From an uncultured Candidatus Saccharibacteria bacterium (GTDB lineage: Bacteria > Patescibacteriota > UBA1384 > XYA2-FULL-43-10 > 1-14-0-10-43-13): a DNA stretch of 32,000 nt. Below the pieces are notes generated by a model that had not been told where the DNA came from, ran no database searches, and was given only the letters and a program-made list of their open reading frames with translations. How positions within the stretch are numbered: position 1 is the stretch's first letter; each line of letters opens with the position of its first letter. The stretch covers positions 1-32,000 of the forward strand of contig CAZIYE010000004.1 of the NCBI GenBank assembly GCA_964543385.1, written 5' to 3'. Made by a program: the position numbers and the translations under genes. Below are positions 1 to 8,105 of the stretch, piece by piece.

Positions 1-232
1 AGGCTGGAAGAGCTACACGGGTGGAACGTTGGATAGCGATGATTCGGGATTCAAGAGCTTGGCGACGCTTAAGGAGTTCTTCTTGATGGGCGTCGATATC
101 AGTCTCTTTGTGAGCGATGGCTTCAGCTTTTTGTTTATCTTCTAGCGACAAACCATCAACAGTATCCACAGTAAAATCTGTAGATTCTTCTTCGATATTG
201 AACCATTTTTTAAACGGATTAAAAGAGAACAG
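1..232 (-). CDS. Hypothetical protein, 5' part only (gene runs off the left edge); start codon unresolved
   Basis: Not in the ORF track because there is no stop in the window. The minus-strand frame is open from ~250 to position 1. It reads ...FNPFKKWFNIEEESTDFTVDTVDGLSLEDKQKAEAIAHKETDIDAHQEELLKRRQALESRIIAIQRSTRVALPA. There is no in-frame ATG. Candidate starts are CTG at 232 (GGAGGG 4 nt upstream) or GTG at 169. No family recognised. Confidence 0.3.
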   Translation of the reverse strand, partial: MFSFNPFKKWFNIEEESTDFTVDTVDGLSLEDKQKAEAIAHKETDIDAHQEELLKRRQALESRIIAIQRSTRVALPA

Positions 233-394
233 AACGCCCTCCAGAAATTTTAGTTATTGTTTACATTTTACCGAAGGAATACTCTTTAAGCAATAACTAC
301 AGTTGAGGGAAAAAGCCTTGATTTACTTTTTCCTCATCCTTATCTTCTGATTGAGGGATTTTAGTTTGTCATATATAAATAATACTATTTAGAA

Positions 395-1129
395 TTATTT
401 ATATACTCCCTTTATTATATTCTTTCTAACTCTCCAAGCATCACTTACCATGCGCAAGCCGTCCTTAAGTGGATTTACAGTAGAATGAGGATTATCGTAC
501 CAAACGATTCCAGCCTCCTTGGTTTTATATCCTAACCTCTTGGCAATTGCTAAAATTTCGATATCAAAAGAAAAGCCATTGATAGTTTGGCGTTTAAATA
601 TTTCTTTGGCAGCCTTACCATCAAATAATTTAAATCCACACTGAGTATCTTTTATACCTGATACAGCCAATAATTGTATTATTGCATTTAATCCTCTACT
701 GCCCATAATACGGATGGCTGATTGTGGCACTGCTAGTCTGCCATCTTCGCAGTAACGCGAACCAATAACTACCTCATATTTATCAATATATCTTAGCAAT
801 TTATCTGCCTGCTCAATCGGAGTGGAATTATCAGCATCTGCAAATAGAATATATTTGCCATTTGCCGATAAAATACCTTCTTTAATCGCTCCACCCTTAC
901 CTTTATTGACTTTATTATCGATGACTGTCAAACTTCTTAATTTATCACTGTATGATCTTGCTACTTCTACTGTTTTATCAGGAGAGGCATCTGCGACAAC
1001 TATTGTTTCAATCTTAAAATTCTTCGTTTTTTCGTATTTCGCGATTGCCTCCAATATAATATGGATTCTTTCTTCTTCTTTATATGCCGGAACTATTATG
1101 GAAAGATAAAAATCATTCATTAGGATCAT
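395..1129 (-). CDS. GT2 polyprenol-phosphate sugar synthase (DPM1/ALG5/GtrB-like glycosyltransferase)
   Basis: 244-aa ORF with 'IIVPAYKEEERI' and 'DADNSTP' (DxD) blocks typical of GT2 dolichyl/polyprenyl-phosphate glycosyltransferases. An AGGA-type SD fits the ATG at 1120 better than 1129. It lies 12 nt downstream of the GT-C gene. Confidence 0.85.
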   Translation of the reverse strand: MILMNDFYLSIIVPAYKEEERIHIILEAIAKYEKTKNFKIETIVVADASPDKTVEVARSYSDKLRSLTVIDNKVNKGKGGAIKEGILSANGKYILFADADNSTPIEQADKLLRYIDKYEVVIGSRYCEDGRLAVPQSAIRIMGSRGLNAIIQLLAVSGIKDTQCGFKLFDGKAAKEIFKRQTINGFSFDIEILAIAKRLGYKTKEAGIVWYDNPHSTVNPLKDGLRMVSDAWRVRKNIIKGVYK

Positions 1130-1141
1130 TCCTTTCAGAAA

Positions 1142-2992
1142 TTAGTTTTTTTGAGTATTAAATATCGGATTTCCAATTATGCTGTTTGGCGCAATTACTT
1201 TAGTTATTGGATAGGGCGAGATAGGGGGATTGTTTCTAATATCATCGATAGTAATATTAAAGACCAATATAGATCCGCCAATAATAGCTTTTGGAGTCAT
1301 CTTGTCGAGCCAATGATACGACCACTTACCTTCCTGCTTTCCAACTAGTTTCGATGACTGATAAAAGGTAGCGGAAACCGCCAGCCAGCCTGTAGTAGGA
1401 CCATATTCAGAATGCCACTCGCTTGCCTCTGGAATATAATACTTTGGAACCGATCCGCCAAAATAGTCAACCTTTATATTTTTAATATCATTTTCATCAA
1501 TATATTTTTTTAGTCTTAGTAAATCCTGACCCCAGTCTAAAGACGAATCTATTAAGCGCGTATATCTTTTATCCTTGGGGGTTGCCTCATTAAAATAAGA
1601 GATGAAGTTTGGATAGTTAGAAACAGTGGAGATAATCATATATACAATCAAAACTAAGACGGCCCAACATGAAATATTTTTATATTTACTAGCGAATAGT
1701 TTAGAAATAGTATAGCCGATCAACATAATTACAAACGGAACTGTTGGTATTAAATGGCGGATACCGATATTTAATGATCCCTTTAGAGTAAAAGCCCAAT
1801 ATACAATTATTGGAGTCAGCAGCAGAGTCAATATCCATTTATCTTTCTTGTCTTGTGGCCAAGCAAATATCAACCAAATAGTTGATATTAAAACTAGGAG
1901 AATAATCGGAATTTGTGTCTTTAAAAGCCAAGCAACTGGAAAATACCAAGAGATAGATTTATCCGATGAGTGTCCCATAATGAATGTCTTATTTCCACCT
2001 TCCACCCTGGCGACAACAAGCATAATTCCCAGCGTATAATGCCCCAAACCACGTGCAACTGGATTTGATTCAAATTTATGGGCAAAATTTCTAAGCGGTA
2101 ACGTTTTTGGATCTTGGGTAAGATTAGCCTCAATCAATTTGTGCTCGACATCAGCTGGTGTTTTCCAAACAAACGGTATATAAGCTATCCAGACAAACAG
2201 AACAGATAAGGCACAGACAAAGAAATATGATTTGAAGCCACCCAAGAAACCGGGCCCAAAACCACCTTTTTCTTTTCTATTAATTATTGCCTTAACAATC
2301 ACCATGATTAACAAAATTCCGAAGAGCAAAAACGCCGAAAACTTGAGCAGCTGTGCTAATGCAAAGGCGACGGCTGCTATTAAAATACTCTTCCAAGTAA
2401 ATTTATTTAACGCTCTATCAAAGAAGTAAATTGAAATCACATAGCCAAATGCAGCTGCGATATCTGTGGTTACAAGACGACCATGCGCTAGGACATCCGG
2501 ATAAAAAGCATAAAGAGTAAGGACAATGAGCGCGATCTTGCTGCCAAAAAGTTCTCTAGCCCATTTAAACAAAAACAAGCCAAGTCCAATCATCAGAAGC
2601 ATCATCGGTAATCTTGACCAAAAGAAAACCTCTTTCGGATTATTGCCGTTCTCATAAATCATGAACCAGCCAGCTTCCCATTGATTAATTCCGCTCCAAC
2701 TCCAGTCAGACTCTGGTCCCTTGATACCTTTTAATACCAGAGGAAAACCAGCCAAAGCTTTTGCAAGAGGTGGATGCTCTGGGTTTAATCGAAAATCCTG
2801 ATCGTTAATATAAGTGTAGCCAGAAGGTATATGGGCTATTTCATCAACAGTACCGGAATCCCCCGGATCGCCAAAAGCACCTTTTGAAGAAAAAAATGCC
2901 AAGGAGAACATAAAACCTAAAATAAATATCACCGATGAAGGTACTAGCCACTTTTTGTTTTTAATCATAAAAACATTAATTTTCTGAAACAT
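1142..2992 (-). CDS. GT-C family lipid-carrier-dependent glycosyltransferase (PMT/ArnT-like)
   Basis: 616 aa with many hydrophobic segments. The first loop carries the acidic 'DEIAHIPSGY' motif seen in GT39/GT83 enzymes. A soluble C-terminal domain follows. There is a 1-nt gap to the upstream gene. Confidence 0.8.
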   Translation of the reverse strand: MFQKINVFMIKNKKWLVPSSVIFILGFMFSLAFFSSKGAFGDPGDSGTVDEIAHIPSGYTYINDQDFRLNPEHPPLAKALAGFPLVLKGIKGPESDWSWSGINQWEAGWFMIYENGNNPKEVFFWSRLPMMLLMIGLGLFLFKWARELFGSKIALIVLTLYAFYPDVLAHGRLVTTDIAAAFGYVISIYFFDRALNKFTWKSILIAAVAFALAQLLKFSAFLLFGILLIMVIVKAIINRKEKGGFGPGFLGGFKSYFFVCALSVLFVWIAYIPFVWKTPADVEHKLIEANLTQDPKTLPLRNFAHKFESNPVARGLGHYTLGIMLVVARVEGGNKTFIMGHSSDKSISWYFPVAWLLKTQIPIILLVLISTIWLIFAWPQDKKDKWILTLLLTPIIVYWAFTLKGSLNIGIRHLIPTVPFVIMLIGYTISKLFASKYKNISCWAVLVLIVYMIISTVSNYPNFISYFNEATPKDKRYTRLIDSSLDWGQDLLRLKKYIDENDIKNIKVDYFGGSVPKYYIPEASEWHSEYGPTTGWLAVSATFYQSSKLVGKQEGKWSYHWLDKMTPKAIIGGSILVFNITIDDIRNNPPISPYPITKVIAPNSIIGNPIFNTQKN

Positions 2993-2993
2993 T

Positions 2994-4505
2994 TCATCCC
3001 TCCGATATATTTGACCTTTTTGTTGATTTTACAGTGACTCGAAAAACACCTAAATATTTTCCTGTCATCAATCTTGTCTGAGATTCTAGAGCTGGCAGAG
3101 AAGAAAATATTATGCTCGAAATTGGCATTACAATCGGTGTCATTATCCAGTCAAGGATTATTCTTGAGAAAGGTTTTTTGCCTCGTCTAGGCGGCGCCAA
3201 TAATGTTGAAATCACCAAGGTAGTTATCATGCCAATCCAAGCGATCATTACAAATCTAGTATAAACATAAGGGAAGCTATAGGCCAATATGTCGGTCTGA
3301 AATCTTTGGTCGAAGACAACGGGGACCCAGGCAGAGCTTGCTAAAATCAAAGATGTGGTTGACCAAGAGAGATGAGACTCCCATAGTATCAATGCATTTG
3401 CCCATCGATCGAAGAAAGGTATTTTGTGGTTATTAAACGTATGTTCCATAACATATGGTATATCCGATACACCCCAAGACCAACGTTTCTTTTGCAGATA
3501 TTGTTCTTTCATAGTGGAAGTAAAATCCTCGGCCAAAACCGCATCTTGATAGATTGGCGTATACATCGGAATGACCTCATGTCTACCATTAAACTTATAA
3601 TATGTCCTCCAAAATTGATGACCATCCTCGACTATTGTCTTTGTTGACCAGAAGTCAACTCTAACCAAAGCCTCTAGACTCTGCGCATGAGCAGAAAAAT
3701 TACGAAGTCGCGATGGCCTTGTGGTCACAATCAACTGCCAAAAAGATGAACCCATAGCAATAAGGCGATTCATCATCGGGACATCCCAGATATTATTAAA
3801 AAACATAGGAATGGGCTGAAAACTTTTATGAACGGGGTCGGAATCAGTGACATATTTATATGTTAGGTCAGCCAAATATTGTTTGTCGAATATATTATCA
3901 GCATCCATGGTGGTGACGATGACATTTTCGTATTTGATACCATTTTCATCAAAATACTTGACTATCTGTCTAGCGGCATAAGTAATGTTACCACCCTTGC
4001 CAATAACTTCGCCAGGGATATCTTTTGGGTGCATAATAGACTCAAAATGACCAAGCTTAGCACTAAATTCTTTCTTTAAAATTTGAGCGTATTCAGTAGC
4101 CCTCTCCTTATCACGCTCCTCTGTAGCTAAAACATATACGATGTTTTCTGAGGGAAAACTAGAATTGATTACAGACTGGACCGATGATCTTAGTATTTCT
4201 ATGTCTTCTTTATAGGTAGGAACTATAACTAGATGGTGGATTCTTTTCCATGAATTTTCGGGAGTAACTTCATTTAGTTTCTTCAGCCAATTGGTCTTAC
4301 GATCTTTTTTGTAATGTGTATATCCTACAATAAGGCGATATGACATAAAGAAAGTTTTTACCAACCAAAAACTGATAAAAAATGTCATATAAATTGCAAA
4401 CGATGAGGGAGAAATAGCGGCTAAAATAATTGGCAAAAAGATAATTAGCCAGGCTAACAGGCCAGGTAATATTTCAAATAATCTTTTATATTTCCATGGT
4501 TTCAT
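2994..4505 (-). CDS. Membrane-embedded processive GT2 beta-glycan synthase-like protein
   Basis: 503 aa. TM segments flank a GT2 core with 'VIVPTYKED', 'TTMDADN' (DxD), 'VEDG' and 'QKKRWSWG' (QxxRW). These are hallmarks of the cellulose/chitin/PNAG synthase class. ATGA overlap with the upstream small ORF. Confidence 0.8.
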   Translation of the reverse strand: MKPWKYKRLFEILPGLLAWLIIFLPIILAAISPSSFAIYMTFFISFWLVKTFFMSYRLIVGYTHYKKDRKTNWLKKLNEVTPENSWKRIHHLVIVPTYKEDIEILRSSVQSVINSSFPSENIVYVLATEERDKERATEYAQILKKEFSAKLGHFESIMHPKDIPGEVIGKGGNITYAARQIVKYFDENGIKYENVIVTTMDADNIFDKQYLADLTYKYVTDSDPVHKSFQPIPMFFNNIWDVPMMNRLIAMGSSFWQLIVTTRPSRLRNFSAHAQSLEALVRVDFWSTKTIVEDGHQFWRTYYKFNGRHEVIPMYTPIYQDAVLAEDFTSTMKEQYLQKKRWSWGVSDIPYVMEHTFNNHKIPFFDRWANALILWESHLSWSTTSLILASSAWVPVVFDQRFQTDILAYSFPYVYTRFVMIAWIGMITTLVISTLLAPPRRGKKPFSRIILDWIMTPIVMPISSIIFSSLPALESQTRLMTGKYLGVFRVTVKSTKRSNISEG

Positions 4506-4837
4506 GCTGTGTGTACTAAATAAAATATTTCTAATATAAATATTAAAATTCCAACTATTATATTGCCCATCAAGAGCAGATAACCAACTTCTTTTTCTTT
4601 ATCATGCGCAGAAATTGAGAGCAAAGTATTCAAAATCATAATAATAGCGAGGTATTTTATAGGATAAATGTCGATCCGCAAAAGCACATAGACAGTTTCT
4701 CCAACAAAAAATGATTGCCAAATAAAATAGTCAATCAGAAACAAGATAATACTGGAAATCAAAAGGTAACGGTCTAACACATCGTCAAAGAGTGCTTCCT
4801 TCAGGAAGGAGTATGAATTTGTAATATATTGTTTCAT
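4502..4837 (-). CDS. Small integral membrane protein (about 3 TM), first gene of the glycosylation operon
   Basis: 111-aa ORF, strongly hydrophobic. Its TGA stop overlaps the ATG of the next gene (ATGA). No family recognised. Confidence 0.6.
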   Translation of the reverse strand: MKQYITNSYSFLKEALFDDVLDRYLLISSIILFLIDYFIWQSFFVGETVYVLLRIDIYPIKYLAIIMILNTLLSISAHDKEKEVGYLLLMGNIIVGILIFILEIFYLVHTA

Positions 4838-4849
4838 GTAGCTTATTAT

Positions 4850-4925
4850 TGGAGCCGATAGGCGGATTCGAACCGCCGACCTCTTCTTTACGAAAGAATT
4901 GCTCTACCAGCTGAGCTATATCGGC
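4850..4925 (-). tRNA. tRNA-Thr (anticodon CGU), CCA encoded
   Basis: The reverse complement folds as a cloverleaf. Acceptor gccgata/tatcggc, D stem gctc/gagc, anticodon loop tt-CGT-aa, T arm ggcgg-ttcgaat-ccgcc, then t+cca. 76 nt. Confidence 0.9.
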
Positions 4926-4926
4926 A

Positions 4927-5000
4927 TGGAGCGGGTAACGGGAATCGAACCCGTGACTCATCCTTGGGAAGGACGCATTTTACCACTAAACCATACCCGC
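4927..5000 (-). tRNA. tRNA-Gly (anticodon CCC), CCA encoded
   Basis: Reverse complement has acceptor gcgggta/tacccgc, anticodon stem cgtcc/ggatg, loop tt-CCC-aa, T arm acggg-ttcgatt-cccgt, then t+cca. 74 nt. Only 1 nt separates it from tRNA-Thr. Confidence 0.9.
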
Positions 5001-5080
5001 AAAATAGCTCTTCTAAGAATAGAATTTACCACTTATCATGGAAAATAACAACTAATATGGCCTATTTTTAATCGATGTCC

Positions 5081-5983
5081 TCACCTTATACTATCGTTAA
5101 ATCTCTGGAAAAAACTACGATAAAAATCTGGATTTCGCAGATTACACCGCAAATTGACCATATCAGTATCTTCGGATGTCAAGATGGGATTTATAACATC
5201 CTGCTTTTCTAATAAATAGTACATTATGGAATCATCATCAAAAGCATGGTCAAGGCCTATTGCATGGCCCAGCTCATGCATAAAGACAAGTCTTAATTCC
5301 TGAGTATTGCCGAAAGTGAATATCTCAATCTTATTCTCTGCCGGCTTGTATAGTCCTTGAGTAATAATCAAATTTTTCCGATCATTAACAATATTTTCCA
5401 AATTCTTTAAATCCGAATTATAATCTTCAACATTAAGGTTGAATGTCTTCGACATCGATATCAACTGATCATTTCGCTTGTCTAGATCAATTCTGGTCTT
5501 TTCTAACTGAGAGTATATTTTATCAGGAGCGCCTCCCTGGCTATTCCAATATGATACCTGTTTATTGTACTCATTTAGATCTGATTGAAAGTCACGAAGA
5601 AGTTGGTCAAATTTACTGCTAGCAGTTTCCACTGACTTACGGTTGGTTTCGAGATTCTGTGTTGCAAGATTCAAACGATCTATTTCTGCCTGCCTCTCAT
5701 CGTATATCAGATCTATTTTAAGTTTTGACTTATCATTGTATGTTAGTAACTTTTTGCCAGCATGATCATTCCATCGGCTAGCAGCATCTTTGGCCACTTG
5801 CTCAACAGAGTCTGCAGAGATATTAAAGCGCGAGTCCACATTGCCGATGCTGAAAGTTCTAGTCTCATTGCATTTTTTACTTAAATAAAAAACAAAGGCC
5901 GATAAAGACACTAATAATATCAATATTACAGCCAGAGGAAAAAGTATAAACGCTTGTTTTTGATTATTTATCACCTTTGTCAT
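5081..5983 (-). CDS. Membrane-anchored metzincin (matrixin/M10-like zinc metalloprotease) with an internal coiled-coil segment
   Basis: 300 aa. N-terminal TM anchor. 'HELGHAIGLDH' (HExxHxxGxxH) is followed by a 'SIMYY' Met-turn. About 110 aa of heptad-like, Asn/Gln/Lys-rich sequence lies between the N-terminal sheet-like part and the active-site helix. Confidence 0.8.
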   Translation of the reverse strand: MTKVINNQKQAFILFPLAVILILLVSLSAFVFYLSKKCNETRTFSIGNVDSRFNISADSVEQVAKDAASRWNDHAGKKLLTYNDKSKLKIDLIYDERQAEIDRLNLATQNLETNRKSVETASSKFDQLLRDFQSDLNEYNKQVSYWNSQGGAPDKIYSQLEKTRIDLDKRNDQLISMSKTFNLNVEDYNSDLKNLENIVNDRKNLIITQGLYKPAENKIEIFTFGNTQELRLVFMHELGHAIGLDHAFDDDSIMYYLLEKQDVINPILTSEDTDMVNLRCNLRNPDFYRSFFQRFNDSIR

Positions 5984-6142
5984 AATCCGAATTATTACAG
6001 ATCTTATTTTTTATTATTATGCCATTAATTTTTAAATTAATCGATGCTACTGGCCTGTTCTAGATCAAAATATTAAAACAGCAAACAGATTCCGGCATTG
6101 ATTTTTGATAGTGATAGTGTTATTATATCTATGATAATTTGC

Positions 6143-6219
6143 GGGGTCGTAGTTCAGTTGGTTAGAACGCCACACTGTCACTGTGGAGGTCGCCGGTTCG
6201 AGCCCGGTCGATCCCGCCA
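6143..6219 (+). tRNA. tRNA-Asp (anticodon GUC), CCA encoded
   Basis: Acceptor ggggtcg/cgatccc, D arm gttc-agttggtta-gaac, anticodon stem ccaca/tgtgg with loop ct-GTC-ac, T arm gccgg-ttcgagc-ccggt, discriminator g, cca. 77 nt. Confidence 0.9.
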
Positions 6220-6220
6220 T

Positions 6221-6263
6221 AAAAAAACCCACTTGTGCATTCTGTGCATATGTGGGTTTTTTT
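6221..6263. terminator. Bidirectional rho-independent terminator
   Basis: A7 tract, imperfect ~12-bp stem (cccacttgtgca / tgcatatgtggg), 5-nt loop, T7 tract. It sits between tRNA-Asp (+) and the convergent 6290..6679 (-) gene. Confidence 0.7.
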
Positions 6264-6289
6264 ATATTGATGAGACAACCTGCCGTAAA

Positions 6290-6679
6290 CTATCCCAGAG
6301 AGATTTGTTTCCTATAGGTTTCCTTTGCGTCTTTCATCTCGAAATTCAGCTTGGTATCGGCAAATTTTAGATGTTCCCTATATCTCTTACGTGCCTCGAT
6401 ACGCCCACCCTTGTCCCTGGCTGTCTCTAATGCAATAGCCAAGGCGCCATTGGCTGTTGCCCTTGATTTACGATAATCGGATTTAGCTTTCTTAATTCTA
6501 GTCTTGTAGTCCTTTTCATATTCCTTTTTTGTTTTGCGCTCCATCTGAGAAGAAGCTATTTTGATTGAACCATGCGAAGCATCCGCTCTAACCGGAACAC
6601 CATAACTTAAAACTACCATTAGAAGCAGAGAGAATATAAATGCCTGAGTCTTAATTGTGCTTTTCTGCCGTTTCTTCAT
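6290..6679 (-). CDS. Small secreted lysine/arginine-rich protein
   Basis: 129 aa. N-terminal signal-like segment (KSTIKTQAFIFSLLLMVVLSYGVPVRA), then a highly basic helical sequence. AAGGAG SD upstream of the ATG at 6679. Confidence 0.6.
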   Translation of the reverse strand: MKKRQKSTIKTQAFIFSLLLMVVLSYGVPVRADASHGSIKIASSQMERKTKKEYEKDYKTRIKKAKSDYRKSRATANGALAIALETARDKGGRIEARKRYREHLKFADTKLNFEMKDAKETYRKQISLG

Positions 6680-6737
6680 TTTTCTCCTTTATTAATTATC
6701 ATTCACTATATTATACGAATGAAAGGAGGAAAATGTT

Positions 6738-7100
6738 TCAGCCCTTAAGTCTAAATATCTTCAGATATTTGCCGGTATCACAAAATTTCTTAGTAAAAAT
6801 AATATTGGACAAAATTAACAAGACAAGAATGCATAGGAATATGCCCCTATAATTGATAATGGAATGTAATAGATTTCCTATGTAGTTTTTCGACAATTCA
6901 AATTCAAGCAAGAAATACCAAAGACTGAACAGATAATCCTTATACGCTATCAGCACGATAGCGTCCCAACCTAGCAGAATTAATCCAAGAATCAAAATGG
7001 CATACCAGAAGCGTAATCTCCTCTTCAAAATTCCTACCATGATCACATAATGTAAATTATCTCTTCTTTTTGTTATCAACTTCTTCATCGTTTTTTTCAA
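6738..7100 (-). CDS. Membrane protein downstream of the ECF sigma factor (possible anti-sigma; speculative)
   Basis: 120-aa ORF with 3 hydrophobic segments. It overlaps the sigma gene by 44 nt if started at 7100. An internal ATG at 7040 lies after the sigma stop. No zinc-anti-sigma motif and no SD at either start. Confidence 0.45.
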   Translation of the reverse strand: MKKTMKKLITKRRDNLHYVIMVGILKRRLRFWYAILILGLILLGWDAIVLIAYKDYLFSLWYFLLEFELSKNYIGNLLHSIINYRGIFLCILVLLILSNIIFTKKFCDTGKYLKIFRLKG

Positions 7101-7653
7101 AATAACTTAGCAATGAATGTTTTGCACGCGAGATATAAGTTTTGACAGTATTTAATGGTATCTGCATTATTCTGCCTATCTCTTTATAATCAAAACCCTT
7201 CCAATAGAACAATTTTAGTACTTTTTCGTATTCCGGTCTAATTTTTGAGAGCGCCAAAGAAAGATCTATTTTGTTGTGAATTTCCTTCTCTGTTTTTTTA
7301 TACGCCTGGAAATCAACAGTTGTTTCAGAATTTGCTTCCAAATCATCAATATACTTCACGTGTCGAGTTTTTTTTCTCTTTCTCAGCATGTCATATATCG
7401 AATTCTTCACAATTGTGTATAACCATGTCGAAAAAGCATACTGAAAATTATATTTATTGATGTTATTAAAAACTTTCCAGAAGATCTCTTGGGTTAAATC
7501 TTCAGCATCTTCCTTGGAATTTGTATATTTTATGCAAAAATTGAATATTCTCTTTTCATAAAAATACACCAACTGTTCAAAAGCCGAAATGTCACCTTGC
7601 TGCGCTCTCCTAATCAGATCGTCATTAATAATTTCTTTTTTTTCGATTCTCAT
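7057..7653 (-). CDS. ECF-type sigma-70 family RNA polymerase sigma factor
   Basis: 198 aa. Region 2 ('AFEQLVYFYEKRIFNFCIKYT...DAEDLTQEIFWKVF') and region 4 HTH ('YKEIGRIMQIPLNTVKTYISRAK'). Confidence 0.85.
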   Translation of the reverse strand: MRIEKKEIINDDLIRRAQQGDISAFEQLVYFYEKRIFNFCIKYTNSKEDAEDLTQEIFWKVFNNINKYNFQYAFSTWLYTIVKNSIYDMLRKRKKTRHVKYIDDLEANSETTVDFQAYKKTEKEIHNKIDLSLALSKIRPEYEKVLKLFYWKGFDYKEIGRIMQIPLNTVKTYISRAKHSLLSYFEKNDEEVDNKKKR

Positions 7654-7832
7654 GTTTAAGATTATATATTATCATGGCGCTGCATCACTATACCTATTTT
7701 TAGATGATTATTTTCTGATCTTTGTATATAATATTAAGGATCATTTCAATTTAATTAGGAGGACTATGGATCAAATAATAGGAGAAAAAAATCCTGTAAA
7801 AAAAAAATAAAAGCGGCCTATCCATAATCACA

Positions 7833-8093
7833 TTGGTAATCGTTATTGTTACAGCCGTCATTGTAATCTTCTATAGCTATAATAGATCGACAACATCAGA
7901 GGATGAAGGCTCAACTAGCCAAAATAAAACTTTTGATAATTCAATAAATGATACAAAGGCAAAAAATTCTGCTGTTGATATCAGTAAGATAGAAAATGAT
8001 CTGAAGGCTGTGGACACTGATATATCATCGGCTGATGAAGAATTAAAAAATGTCGATATTGGGTTAAATGATCAACCTGTCGATCTGAATTAA
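7833..8093 (+). CDS. Membrane-anchored acidic Ser/Asp-rich protein; the probable true start (ATG 7766) is out of frame across an A10 tract
   Basis: The track ORF starts at TTG inside a hydrophobic helix with no SD. AGGAGG plus ATG at 7766 opens a 14-codon ORF that ends in the A10 run (7798-7807). Removing one A fuses the two into MDQIIGEKNPVKKNKSGLSIITLVIVIVTAVIVIFY... Confidence 0.5.
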   Translation: MVIVIVTAVIVIFYSYNRSTTSEDEGSTSQNKTFDNSINDTKAKNSAVDISKIENDLKAVDTDISSADEELKNVDIGLNDQPVDLN

Positions 8094-8105
8094 TTAAAGG
8101 AACCA

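Noticed and set aside
822-1109. 95-aa plus-strand ORF; similar antisense track ORFs at 1848-2039, 3426-3647, 9485-9787, 12274-12579, 12750-13148, 14244-14549, 16231-16590, 19645-19881, 22913-23098, 27562-27789 and 28852-29067
   Set aside because: All lie antisense inside longer ORFs with clear family signatures and show low-complexity, hydrophobic shadow-frame composition.
4502-4505. Possibility of an alternative genetic code (UGA recoding, as in some CPR lineages)
   Set aside because: TGA serves as the stop in ATGA overlaps here and at 18418 and 19471. Long family-recognisable ORFs read through cleanly with the standard code.
6024-6041. AT-only palindrome attaattt-tt-aaattaat between the metzincin gene and tRNA-Asp
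   Set aside because: An 8-bp arm made only of A/T in an AT-rich spacer is expected by chance, and no second copy was seen.
6098-6370. 90-aa plus-strand ORF from the track
   Set aside because: It runs straight through tRNA-Asp (6143-6219) and the terminator hairpin, so the reading frame is an artefact of structured RNA sequence.
6733-6852. GGAGG-aaa-ATG opening a 39-aa plus-strand ORF (MFQPLSLNIF...)
   Set aside because: SD spacing is only 3 nt, and the ORF is almost wholly antisense to the 3-TM ORF 6738..7100. The peptide has no recognisable features. Kept only as a caveat on the low-confidence 6738..7100 call.
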